Assembly (NCBI GenBank): GCA_046262835.1
Contig: JBHELZ010000004.1
Coordinates: 110,336 to 174,335, forward strand
Source: Pyrinomonadaceae bacterium
GTDB taxonomy: Bacteria > Acidobacteriota > Blastocatellia > Pyrinomonadales > Pyrinomonadaceae
Length of the DNA: 64,000 nt
Direction of reading: 5' to 3'
Shown: positions 1 through 9,386 of the stretch, one piece after another
How positions within the stretch are numbered: position 1 is the first letter of the stretch
How the letters are laid out: each line of letters starts with the position of its first letter
Program-made: the position numbers and the translations under genes
The notes under the pieces: generated by a model
What the model saw: only the letters and a program-made list of their open reading frames with translations
The model's database searches: none
Told to the model about the DNA's origin: nothing

Positions 1-33
1 CGTCAAAGTGCCGACGCAGAAACGATAAATGAA

Positions 34-1158
34 ATGCTGAATTTTGCTGACACCGGTGGTTTGTTCGATCATTTCGAGGTAAATCGTGAGCCTGTCGGGC
101 GGCGTCTGCTCTGGCTGGTCGCCGGTTCGGGCGTCTGGCATCTGGTAATTCTCGTTTTGATCGTAATGATTCCCCCGGTGCGCGATGCGTTCAGCATCAC
201 CGCGATGTTCAGAGACGCGGGGTTCGTGGATCGTCCTTATTCGCATACGGACATTGGCGACGATGTCGATATGCTGGACTACAGCACAGAGAAATTTCAT
301 TATCCGGAAGGCTACTTTGCTATGGACCAGCAAGGCATGCCGCCGCTGCCCCAGTTTCCGGTAACGCCGCCATTCACGCCGGCGTCCGTATCACCGGCAA
401 CGTTTGCCTCGCCAACTCCAACTGTGACGCCGACTCCGCCGGTTCTTGTCGCCGGTAATAAAGGTGACGGTAAAACGGCGCCGGGCACAACCATTGTGCC
501 CAAACCGTCACCCAGCGTGAGCCCCGCGGATAAATCGGTCGAATTGGCCCAAAAGGAATTAGAGGCGGCGTCGAAGAAAACCGGCATCGATCTCCCGGAG
601 GAGGGCGAAATTAACAAAGCCCCTTTCAAAAATTTGGCAGTGTATGCGACGACTTTGAAAGATGCCGGCAAGTTGGATTTGAATAAATCGTTCGAATTAT
701 CAATTGATACGGCGTTGAACAAAGACGGAAAGCTGGTAAAAGCCAACGTTAGCCGGAAAGCCGGCGACGATATTTTGGTTGATCTGGGGAGACGTCTCGT
801 AGAAGCAATGAACGATAGCGGCGTACTGTTTTATTTGAAAAAGATTAACGAGGACAAGCCGGGGACCAAAGTAATTTTCACTATCAAGCAAGACGGAAAC
901 GACGTGGTCGCGACCGTTGAGTCGGAAGCCAGTTCGGCGGAAAGCGCCAACAAATTATCGCGCGGATTCGGCCTCTTGTTGCTGGCCGGCGCCGCCTCGC
1001 GTAAAGGACATGACGAAGAGATTCTTTTGAAAAGCACGCGCGTTTCTGCGGACAACGACAGAGTGGTTTTCAAATTGACGATGGCCCATAAAGACGTTGT
1101 CGAGATTGTCAGAAGGGGCATGACAATTTCCGCACCCACTCCTACGCCGTCCAACTAA
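34..1158 (+). CDS. hypothetical membrane-anchored protein with Pro/Thr-rich linker
   Basis: 374-aa ORF. N-terminal hydrophobic helix LLWLVAGSGVWHLVILVLIVMIPP, then linker PPLPQFPVTPPFTPASVSPATFASPTPTVTPTPP and a globular C-terminal part. No family recognised. Confidence 0.5.
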   Translation: MLNFADTGGLFDHFEVNREPVGRRLLWLVAGSGVWHLVILVLIVMIPPVRDAFSITAMFRDAGFVDRPYSHTDIGDDVDMLDYSTEKFHYPEGYFAMDQQGMPPLPQFPVTPPFTPASVSPATFASPTPTVTPTPPVLVAGNKGDGKTAPGTTIVPKPSPSVSPADKSVELAQKELEAASKKTGIDLPEEGEINKAPFKNLAVYATTLKDAGKLDLNKSFELSIDTALNKDGKLVKANVSRKAGDDILVDLGRRLVEAMNDSGVLFYLKKINEDKPGTKVIFTIKQDGNDVVATVESEASSAESANKLSRGFGLLLLAGAASRKGHDEEILLKSTRVSADNDRVVFKLTMAHKDVVEIVRRGMTISAPTPTPSN

Positions 1159-1181
1159 GTTTTCCATGAGGCCGAGCCATC

Positions 1182-1760
1182 GTGAACATTAAGCTTCGCT
1201 TAATCATTCCGCTGATGTTGTTGGTTCTCACCGGTTGTGAGTCCCGCTCGAAAACGTCGCTCGACAATTCGGCCGCGAATTCAACACCCTCACCGATTGC
1301 TGGATCAATCAAGCTTGTCAGCGCGGGTTTTACTGACGGCCAGCCCCTTCCGCGCCAGTACACGTGCAGTGGTGTGAATGTGTCGCCACCGCTGGAATGG
1401 ACCGGCGTCCCGAAATCCGCAAAGACCGTAGCGATCATAGCTGATGATCCTGACGCGCCCTCGGGCACGTGGGGGCATTGGGTCGTTTACAATTTGCCGG
1501 CGGAAACTATCGGAATGGTCGAAAACCTGCCGGCTACTGACGATCTTAAGGGGGGAGGATTCCAGGGCCGGAATGATTTCGGCAACGTCGGTTATGGTGG
1601 GCCCTGTCCACCTTCGGGAACTCACCGTTATTTCTTCAAGATTTACGCTCTCGATAACGAACTAACATTGAAACCCGGAGCGACAAAAGCTGAGTTGGAA
1701 AAAGCGATGGAGAGTCACGTGGTAGGACAGGGACAATTGATGGGAACTTACAGAAAGTAG
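1182..1760 (+). CDS. YbhB/YbcL (PEBP) family lipoprotein
   Basis: 192-aa ORF with GTG start. Lipobox-like LVLTGC. PEBP signatures DDPDAPSGTWGHWVVYNLP and GTHRYFFKIYALD. Confidence 0.85.
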   Translation: MNIKLRLIIPLMLLVLTGCESRSKTSLDNSAANSTPSPIAGSIKLVSAGFTDGQPLPRQYTCSGVNVSPPLEWTGVPKSAKTVAIIADDPDAPSGTWGHWVVYNLPAETIGMVENLPATDDLKGGGFQGRNDFGNVGYGGPCPPSGTHRYFFKIYALDNELTLKPGATKAELEKAMESHVVGQGQLMGTYRK

Positions 1761-1891
1761 GAGCGCACGGATTCTGCCTGTGGTCCAACGACATCCTGGT
1801 GCTGCTTGTTTTCAATTTCGGCGAGCAAGGGATGCTCGCGCCCGGTGGCGTATCTGATGCAGTCGGGCACCAAATGGCGGACCTTCTGCTT

Positions 1892-2596
1892 CTAAGGCAG
1901 CACCCCGGCCGGCGCTCTCCACGGATGCAATTCAATTCTCAGTCGGTCACTCTTAATCATTGGATCGGTTGCCGTAAGATCTTTTGCTTCCTGCAAAGAG
2001 CCCACCCGAAACACAAAGATGCCACGCAAATCGCCATCGTCCCCGAATGGCCCGGCCGCGACCAGCTTTTTCATTTCAGCGAGACGCTTAATGTTCGCGA
2101 TATGAGCTTTTTGTAGCTCCTGGACCTGGGGATTTTTATCGTCGCCTTCTTTGCGATTCGGTCCCTTTTTCAAAAAGCCGAAATATAGAGCGTCCAACTG
2201 TAGCGGCATACTCGCCTTCCTGAAAATATCTTCTGACCACCAGGGATGAATTTCTGCGGCGAGCAGTCCCCCGACTACCGCCGGGTCGGCGTCCATCCAC
2301 GCCTTCGCTTCCGCTGACGTAGTTGCGCGCAGGACGAAAATCCCGGCGACCTCAGTATGGTCGTTAAAGGGCCCGGCAATTACGGCCTTACCGGACTCGA
2401 GCAGAAAGACTACGTTCTCGCGGTGTTTAAGGAGAATCTGATTTCGTTGTTCAGCTCTAGTCGACTCCCACTGCGGGCCCTTCTTCATAATGGCCATCTG
2501 GAACTGCACCAGCTTGTGCACGTCGTTCTGATGGGCAGATGCGAGCGAAAACAACATTAGCGCGCACATCGCTGCGATAGGAATTTTAGCCTTCAT
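1892..2596 (-). CDS. secreted protein with two tandem YciI-like domains
   Basis: 234 aa with signal peptide MKAKIPIAAMCALMLFSLASA. Two ~100-aa halves share the pattern (AGPF...GIFV.R...EA......DP......L..E.HPW) typical of YciI-like proteins. Family call is from memory. Confidence 0.6.
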   Translation of the reverse strand: MKAKIPIAAMCALMLFSLASAHQNDVHKLVQFQMAIMKKGPQWESTRAEQRNQILLKHRENVVFLLESGKAVIAGPFNDHTEVAGIFVLRATTSAEAKAWMDADPAVVGGLLAAEIHPWWSEDIFRKASMPLQLDALYFGFLKKGPNRKEGDDKNPQVQELQKAHIANIKRLAEMKKLVAAGPFGDDGDLRGIFVFRVGSLQEAKDLTATDPMIKSDRLRIELHPWRAPAGVLP

Positions 2597-2730
2597 CGAG
2601 TTCCCCTATTCGTGTCAAAAGCCGGAGTGTCGGAAGGCAAGCTGCCATCGCCGGCGGTTAATGGCGATTCTGATAGCGAGATGCTCACGCGGGCACGAGC
2701 GAGGCCTGACCCCGCAGGCTTCTCAGACAC

Positions 2731-3855
2731 TTAAACGACGGTCGCGGTCTTTACACAAGTGATTGGCGGCAGGCCTTCGCGGATCGTCAGCCAGGAGTCG
2801 CCACCGTTTGTCGAGCCGAACAACTTGCCGCTACGCGTGCCAAAGAAAAGTCCGGTCGGATTATTGGCGTCGGCTTTCATGTTGTCGCGCAGGATCGTTT
2901 CAAAGGCATCCTGTTGCGGCAAGCCATCCGTTAACGGCTCCCATGAATTACCGCCGTCGCGCGTGCGATAAACGCGCAGCCTGGCTTCGGGCGTACAGCG
3001 AAACTCATCCGATTCGATTGGGATTACAAAAACGGTATCGGCATTATTAGGATCGACCTCCATCGCGAAACCAAAGTCGGACGGTAAACCTTTGCCGATG
3101 TCCTGCCAGGAATCTCCGGCATCGTCGCTCCGATAAACGCCCCAGTGATGTTGCAGGAACATTCGATCCGGATTCGACGGATGGCTGACAACCTTGTGCA
3201 CGCACTGGCCCCATTCGGGATATTGCTGATCTGGCGGCAGAAATCGCGCGCATATGCCTTTGTTGCGGGGTTCCCAGCTTTTGCGGCCGTCTTCGGTCCG
3301 GTACACACCGCCGGTTGAGATGGCGATCCACATGCGGTCGCGATCGGAAGGATCGGGCAGGATCGTGTGCAGGCACAGTCCGCCACCACCCGGCATCCAC
3401 TGCGTGCGGTGAGGATGATCGAACAGGCCGCGCTCCAGCGACCACGTCTGGCCGGCGTCTGGCGATCTGAAAAGTGCAGCGGGCTCAACGCCGCAATAAA
3501 GCGCGTCCGCGTCGTGCGGATCATTTGCGATTTGCCAAATTTGTTTAAGCGAAACGTCTGAGCCTTCGGGAAACTTGATGTTATAACTTTCGGGATCGCT
3601 CCACGTCTTGCCAAAGTCATCAGACGAGCTGAGGAATGATCCCCAGAACGGACTGTTGACCGCGGCCCACAATCGCTGGCGGCCGTTGCGGCCGTCATAG
3701 GCAAAAGCGTAAACGCTGCGCCCGGGAAAATATGGCCCAGCCTCTTCCCACTTTGCACGATCCCGATCAGCACGAAACAGGAATGCGCCTTTCATGGTGC
3801 CGACGAGCAAAAGGTTATCGTCTGTATTTACTTCGACGTGGTTCGGTGCGGGCAT
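2731..3855 (-). CDS. BNR/Asp-box repeat beta-propeller protein (sialidase-like fold)
   Basis: 374 aa with six Asp-box motifs S/T-x-D-x-G-x-x-W: SSDDFGKTW, SPDAGQTW, TEDGRKSW, SDDAGDSW, TRDGGNSW, STNGGDSW. Confidence 0.75.
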   Translation of the reverse strand: MPAPNHVEVNTDDNLLLVGTMKGAFLFRADRDRAKWEEAGPYFPGRSVYAFAYDGRNGRQRLWAAVNSPFWGSFLSSSDDFGKTWSDPESYNIKFPEGSDVSLKQIWQIANDPHDADALYCGVEPAALFRSPDAGQTWSLERGLFDHPHRTQWMPGGGGLCLHTILPDPSDRDRMWIAISTGGVYRTEDGRKSWEPRNKGICARFLPPDQQYPEWGQCVHKVVSHPSNPDRMFLQHHWGVYRSDDAGDSWQDIGKGLPSDFGFAMEVDPNNADTVFVIPIESDEFRCTPEARLRVYRTRDGGNSWEPLTDGLPQQDAFETILRDNMKADANNPTGLFFGTRSGKLFGSTNGGDSWLTIREGLPPITCVKTATVV

Positions 3856-3954
3856 CGAACAGCCTCCGATCGCAATCTTGAAAGTTGAGGCGAGATTATA
3901 TCGGAAGGCAGAGTGGCGCCAAAACGGCGCCTTAATTATTGGGCTGGTGGAGTT

Positions 3955-4563
3955 CTAGTGAATCACGGTGACCAGGCGTGCTTTTGGCTTTCCTTTGGAC
4001 TGGTCGGTAACTTCAACCGGATTCGTCGCCCGGACCATCTTGCGATTCGCGCGGTAGCTCCGCTCCTTAGGCGAATTTTTGTCCGGCTCTTTGTCCGGAT
4101 CTTTGTCCGACTTTATGAGCGAATCTTTCAGCGAATCTTTGTGCAAATCCTGACCGAAAAATCTGGTCTGCGGTTTCTCGACGGAAACGGCGGCGGGTTC
4201 AGGTGTCCCAGATTCGACGGAAGTGTTTTGCGTGGCGACCGATGTTTCCGTTACCGGGGAACCCGAACGAAGATGGATAAACGAAGCGGCAAAGGCCCCG
4301 GCAATCAATACGACTACTGCTGCCACGGCCAACCACCCCACTGGGCCACCAAACATGCGTGGCGCTCTGCTGCGGTTCAGCTCGCGGGCCGAAAGAAGAG
4401 GCTCCACCGGTTTCGCGGCTTCGATCCGGGCCATATCGAAATGAGCCTCCGGCGGCAGCGGCGGTCGACTGTCCGTCTCGACGTTAGTATCGAAATTAGT
4501 GTTGTCTTTTAGTTCTCTGTGCATAATTATGTTCGCGTTCGAAACAGGTTTGCAGTCCCGCAA
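3955..4563 (-). CDS. hypothetical single-pass membrane protein with KD-rich tail
   Basis: 202-aa ORF with central TM helix VGWLAVAAVVVLIAGAFAASFI and low-complexity KDSLKDSLIKSDKDPDKEPDK. The true start may be the internal MHRELKD. No family recognised. Confidence 0.4.
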   Translation of the reverse strand: MRDCKPVSNANIIMHRELKDNTNFDTNVETDSRPPLPPEAHFDMARIEAAKPVEPLLSARELNRSRAPRMFGGPVGWLAVAAVVVLIAGAFAASFIHLRSGSPVTETSVATQNTSVESGTPEPAAVSVEKPQTRFFGQDLHKDSLKDSLIKSDKDPDKEPDKNSPKERSYRANRKMVRATNPVEVTDQSKGKPKARLVTVIH

Positions 4564-5045
4564 CGACTCAAACCAATCTATGCAAAGCGGCTGCCGTGGA
4601 GCTTTGACTGTTTAAGACAATCAAATCGCCACGCTGCGGCAATGCTAGGATAGCGGCACATCTCGTTACGGCGCTGAAACACAGATACGGAAGAAAGATC
4701 TATGCCCACACCGATGCGGAGCGTCTTTCTAAGGAGCGTCGCAGTGACTTGGACACTGACGGTTAAACTCTGCCCCACCATTTGCGCCTCTTTTTCAGTT
4801 ACGTCCGCGACTCATTTATTTCTTGCAAGCGCGCGCAGCTGGCCGAGGCGAATCAACCGAGTGGACCGTAACCGCTCCCGTTGTAACAACGCGTCTCATT
4901 AAAGACGACACACTCGCTTTCTAAGAGAGATTCACGCGCGCGCCCGGATACTACGTTGTCCTGGCGCTGCTCCTCTTTGCTCTGTACCTTCGCTTCATGC
5001 TAAAAGAGCCCCGCACGCCCATCCATTTTTCTGGAGGACAATCCC

Positions 5046-8000
5046 ATGTCGCATCGAACGCCAGCGAAAGCGTCCGTTCGCCGCTCGTCGTTTCTGTTAA
5101 TCGCACTATTTGTAGTGGCAGTTCTCAGCGTCAAGTCCATAAATCACACCGCGCACGCCCAAACAACGGGCGGCACACGACTGTTGCGAACGCCCACGGT
5201 CAGCGCGACGCAGATTGCTTTCGCTTACGCCCAAAATATTTGGACAGTTCCGCGCGTAGGTGGAATGGCCCGGCGCATCACCACCTTTCAGGGACAAACT
5301 TCAAACCCTCATTTTTCTCCGGATGGAAAATGGATTGCATTCAGCGGCGAGTATGCCGGCAACCTCGACGTCTATGTCGTAGCTGCTGATGGCGGAGAGC
5401 CGAAGCGGCTCACGTGGCATCCAGGCGGTGACGCGGTCCAGGGATGGACGCCTGACGGGCGGTCGATCATGTTTTCGTCAACCCGCGCGACCTGGTCCCC
5501 GAGCGGCGCGCCGCGTTTCTGGACGGTGCCCGCAGAAGGCGGCGTCGAAGAACCCATGCCCTTGCCGCGCGGCTTTCAGGGAAAGATTTCCGCTGACGGA
5601 TCGCACATCGCGTATCGCATGAACAGTTCATGGGATGACGAGCGACGGAACTATCGCGGCGGACAAAACCGGCCGATCTGGATTGTCGATCTAAAGAGCT
5701 ATGATCTCGTTTCGCCGCCGTGGACCGACTCAAAGGACATCGATCCCGTGTGGTCAAGCGACGCAGTTTTCTTCATTTCCGATCGTGACGGAGTAGAGAA
5801 CATTTGGAGCTATGACACGAGAACCAAAAAGCTCGCCCAGGTCACCAAGTTCACTGACTATGATGTAAAGACGATTGATTCCGGCGCCGGTGTCATCGTC
5901 TTTGAACAAGCTGGTTATATTCACGAATTAGATCCGAAGACCGGTCGTGAACATGTCGTCAACATTATCGCGACCGGGGACTTTCCCTGGATGATGCCGC
6001 GTTGGGAAGACGTTTCGAATCGCCTGACCAACATCGAACTATCACCGACAGGTAAGCGCATCGTCGTCGAGGCACGCGGAGAAATCTTTACAATCCCGGC
6101 GGAAAAGGGAGACGTGCGCAACCTCACGAACTCAAGTGCCTCAGCCGAACGCGATCCGGCATGGTCGCCGGACGGAAAATGGATTTCGTACTTCAGCGAT
6201 CGCTCCGGAGAATATCGCCTTTACATTGAAGCGCAAGATGGACTGACTCCACCACGAGAAATTGCGCTCGATCATCCGACCCATTACTACACGCCTTCCT
6301 GGTCGCCTGATTCGAAGAAGCTTCTTTTCACCGACACCGGCCTCCACGTGTGGGTGCTGGATGTGGCCAGCGGTAAAGCAAAAATTGTCGGCAACGATCC
6401 GTGGATGGTGCCGGCGCGCACCCTGAACCCCGTTTGGAGTCCTGATTCCAAATGGGTCGCTTATTCAAGCCGTCTGCGATCTTTGTATCACGCTATTTTT
6501 GTCAGCAACGCTGAGACCGGCGAAACCACCCAGGTTACAGACGGGCTGGCTGATGCCGTGTGGCCGGCATTCGACGCCAGCGGCAAATATCTGTGGTTCC
6601 TGGCTTCAACTGATTTTGGTTTGCGATCGCAGTGGCTCGACATGACTTCCTACGATCATGACGAGAACTTCGGTTTGTACCTCGCCGTCTTAAAGAAAGC
6701 CGACTCAAGTCCGTTGCTTCCTGAAAGCGATGAAGACCGTGGCGTGGGCACCGGCCGCCGGACTATACCCGGTCAATGCGTCGGGGACACAGCGCCGGGG
6801 GCGGGCCCGGGCGGCACTGATGCGGCCGCAGGCGATCAGCCCCAGGCGCCGCGTGGTCCCAGACAGCCAGTCAGCGTACAGATCGATTTCGATGGTTTGC
6901 GACAGCGAATTATTTCGGTACCGGGCATTGCTGAACGCCAGTATTCGTCATTGCGATCCGGCGCGGACGGAATCGTCTATTACCTGGAAGCAACGCGCGC
7001 GCAGGGCGCGGGTAGTGGCGGTGGCTTCCCGGGCGCGGCCAGCAATGAATTGATTCGTTACCGGCTTTGCGATCGGCGGGCTGCGAATTTCGTCAGCGGC
7101 GTGTCTGCTTTCGAAGTCAGCGCCGACGGACGCAAACTGGTCTACCGGGCCGCGGGTGGTGGCGGCGGTGGTGGTGGGGCAGGCTTTGGTGGACGCGCCC
7201 CGAATCCTTCGCTCTTTATTGTTGATGCCGATCGGACTCCGCCACAGCCGGGGAGTGGACGCATCAACTTCACTTTGCGCATGTATCTCGATCCCAAGGA
7301 AGAATTCAAACAAATCTTCAATGAAGGTTGGCGCAATCAACGGGACTATCTCTATGTTCCGAACCTGCAGGGCACAGACTGGAACAAAGACAAGGAAATG
7401 TACGGTGCAATGCTGCCGTACGTTATGCATCGTGCGGATCTGAATTATCTGATCGACATGATGGGCGCCGAGATCTCAATCGGCCATTCCTATGTTCGCG
7501 GGGGCGACATGCCCGACGTGCCGAATTCTCCGGGTGGTTTATTGGGTGCGGATTTCGCGATTGAAAACGGCCGCTACAAAGTCACGCGCATCTATGACAA
7601 CGAGAATTGGAACCCGGATCTGCGCTCACCGCTCGCCGTTCCGGGCGCGACCGTGAACATCGGCGATTACATTTTGGCTATCAACGGCGTAGAACTGAAG
7701 GCGCCGGATAACATCTATCGTTTGCTGGACGGCACCGCAAACCGGCAGACATCCCTCACGATCAACGACAAACCGACGATGGACGGCGCGCGCCACGTGG
7801 TTGTGGTTCCGGTGGCGACTGAACAAGCTCTGCGCACTCGCGCCTGGGTTGAATCGAATCGTCGCCTGGTTGAAAAACTTTCCGACGGCCAGCTTGCTTA
7901 CGTATATCTGCCGAATACGGGCCAACCGGGTTACACCAGCTTCAATCGTTATTACTTTTCGCAGCAGGACAAAAAAGGCGCCATCATCGACGAGCGTTAC

Positions 8001-8516
8001 AATGGCGGTGGCTCGGCTGCGGATTACATCATTGACGTTTTGCAAAGGGACTTCGACGGCTATTTCAATAATGTCGCCGGGAGTCGTTATCCCTTCACCA
8101 GTCCCTCGGCCGGTATTTGGGGACCCAAAGTAATGATCATCAACGAGATGGCCGGTTCGGGCGGCGATCTGATGCCTTACATGTTTCATTATCGAAAGAT
8201 CGGCTTGCTCGTCGGCAAGCGCACCTGGGGCGGGTTGGTCCATACGGCCGACACTCCGCCTTTTGTTGACGGCGGCTCAGCAATCGCCCCGCGAGGTGGT
8301 TTCTTTGCACGCGACAATCGATGGGCCGTCGAGAATGAAGGTGTCGCGCCGGACGTGGACGTCGAGAATTGGCCCAAAGATGTGATTACCGGTCACGATC
8401 CGCAACTCGAACGTGCAGTGCAGGAAGCCATGCGGATGTTGAAAGAGCATCCAGTCGATCGAGCTACAAAGGAACCGGCACCGCCCACCTGGGGTGTCCG
8501 GCGGAAGGGTAATTGA
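5046..8516 (+). CDS. tricorn protease homolog (TolB-like beta-propellers + PDZ + S41 peptidase)
   Basis: 1156 aa with signal/TM at the N-terminus. N-terminal pattern LLRTPTVSATQIAFAYAQNIWTV...GGMARRITTFQG..SNPHFSPDGKWIAFSGEY and repeated SPDGK/SPDSK propeller blades. C-terminal S41-like region ERYNGGGSAADYII...GSGGD. Confidence 0.85.
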   Translation: MSHRTPAKASVRRSSFLLIALFVVAVLSVKSINHTAHAQTTGGTRLLRTPTVSATQIAFAYAQNIWTVPRVGGMARRITTFQGQTSNPHFSPDGKWIAFSGEYAGNLDVYVVAADGGEPKRLTWHPGGDAVQGWTPDGRSIMFSSTRATWSPSGAPRFWTVPAEGGVEEPMPLPRGFQGKISADGSHIAYRMNSSWDDERRNYRGGQNRPIWIVDLKSYDLVSPPWTDSKDIDPVWSSDAVFFISDRDGVENIWSYDTRTKKLAQVTKFTDYDVKTIDSGAGVIVFEQAGYIHELDPKTGREHVVNIIATGDFPWMMPRWEDVSNRLTNIELSPTGKRIVVEARGEIFTIPAEKGDVRNLTNSSASAERDPAWSPDGKWISYFSDRSGEYRLYIEAQDGLTPPREIALDHPTHYYTPSWSPDSKKLLFTDTGLHVWVLDVASGKAKIVGNDPWMVPARTLNPVWSPDSKWVAYSSRLRSLYHAIFVSNAETGETTQVTDGLADAVWPAFDASGKYLWFLASTDFGLRSQWLDMTSYDHDENFGLYLAVLKKADSSPLLPESDEDRGVGTGRRTIPGQCVGDTAPGAGPGGTDAAAGDQPQAPRGPRQPVSVQIDFDGLRQRIISVPGIAERQYSSLRSGADGIVYYLEATRAQGAGSGGGFPGAASNELIRYRLCDRRAANFVSGVSAFEVSADGRKLVYRAAGGGGGGGGAGFGGRAPNPSLFIVDADRTPPQPGSGRINFTLRMYLDPKEEFKQIFNEGWRNQRDYLYVPNLQGTDWNKDKEMYGAMLPYVMHRADLNYLIDMMGAEISIGHSYVRGGDMPDVPNSPGGLLGADFAIENGRYKVTRIYDNENWNPDLRSPLAVPGATVNIGDYILAINGVELKAPDNIYRLLDGTANRQTSLTINDKPTMDGARHVVVVPVATEQALRTRAWVESNRRLVEKLSDGQLAYVYLPNTGQPGYTSFNRYYFSQQDKKGAIIDERYNGGGSAADYIIDVLQRDFDGYFNNVAGSRYPFTSPSAGIWGPKVMIINEMAGSGGDLMPYMFHYRKIGLLVGKRTWGGLVHTADTPPFVDGGSAIAPRGGFFARDNRWAVENEGVAPDVDVENWPKDVITGHDPQLERAVQEAMRMLKEHPVDRATKEPAPPTWGVRRKGN

Positions 8517-8618
8517 GAGTTAATATTTCTGATTTGATGTGGCGCGCGCGTCTTGCGGCTGGGCCCACGCGAAACGCGAGCGCCACCTGGATCGCCCCGC
8601 AACCCAAAAGGAAATGCC

Positions 8619-9068
8619 ATGAAAAGAAGGTCGCGACTCAACCATTTTCTTTACCTCCCATCACTAATTACGCTCGTCCTTGCCTGCGTGACCGTGGGCT
8701 CTGCGCCTGCGGTCCCTAATCCCTTCCTCTATCTGACAAAAATCAGGACCATGGCAGACAAAGGAGTTGTGCGTTACGAATTTGATGTTTCCAATAAAGA
8801 TGCTTTTCCGGCCGAGATGTTCGCTCCCGCGCCGGATCTTCCGCCCTGCGGCAAGAATACAAAGTCATCGCGCACCTGGCTCGACTTTTATACCGAGAAG
8901 GGTAAACGACTTTATGGCTTTTGCGCGCTCACGAAGCCGGCTGACCTCGGAAGCATTTGGTTTGAACTCCCCAACGACACGGTGCCGCCAAGTTGGGTAT
9001 ACATCGAACTTAACGATCGAAAAACAGATACAAAGTACAAATCTAACCCGGCAGAGACGTCGCAATAA
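8619..9068 (+). CDS. hypothetical secreted protein
   Basis: ATG at 8619 is preceded by aaaaggaaa. Signal-like MKRRSRLNHFLYLPSLITLVLACVTVGSAPA. The longer ORF-track start at 8553 lacks an RBS. No family recognised. Confidence 0.45.
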   Translation: MKRRSRLNHFLYLPSLITLVLACVTVGSAPAVPNPFLYLTKIRTMADKGVVRYEFDVSNKDAFPAEMFAPAPDLPPCGKNTKSSRTWLDFYTEKGKRLYGFCALTKPADLGSIWFELPNDTVPPSWVYIELNDRKTDTKYKSNPAETSQ

Positions 9069-9386
9069 CTCCGCACGAGGTGATCAGTTGCCGGCGCTCA
9101 ACGTTTTTGTTAAGCGCGAAGGCGGGATGACCATTTCTACAACACCGAACTGTTGTATGCCCCGGCTGAGCCGGGACAAGACCGCCGCCACGTGGATCAG
9201 ATTTGGCCGCTTTTGGAATCTGTTTGACCGGGCCCCGACGGACGTCGAGAAAAGTCGTACCCGCGTCTGACGTATTAACGTTGAGATGATTGAAAACGCT
9301 TGTGCGAGCGGCGGCTGGACTCCTGCAACCCGTACGGCGGTATCGCACATCAGAGAAACCTGGAGGGTCTGAGCGGGACAATCGGT

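Noticed and set aside
3024-3773. 249-aa and 132-aa minus-strand ORFs overlapping the BNR-repeat gene in other frames
   Set aside because: The frame carrying six Asp-box repeats is clearly the real one. The overlapping frames are Arg/Ala/Ser-rich with no features.
3913-4512. Plus-strand 199-aa ORF with striking RIFVRLFVRIFVRLYERIFQRIF repeats
   Set aside because: This is the mirror image of the KD-rich coding repeat (KDSLKDSLIKSDKDPDKEPDK) on the minus strand. The minus-strand product has a credible TM helix, so I kept that one, at low confidence.
7626-8243. 205-aa minus-strand ORF and other antisense ORFs within the tricorn protease gene
   Set aside because: They are antisense to a long, motif-rich ORF with no independent support.
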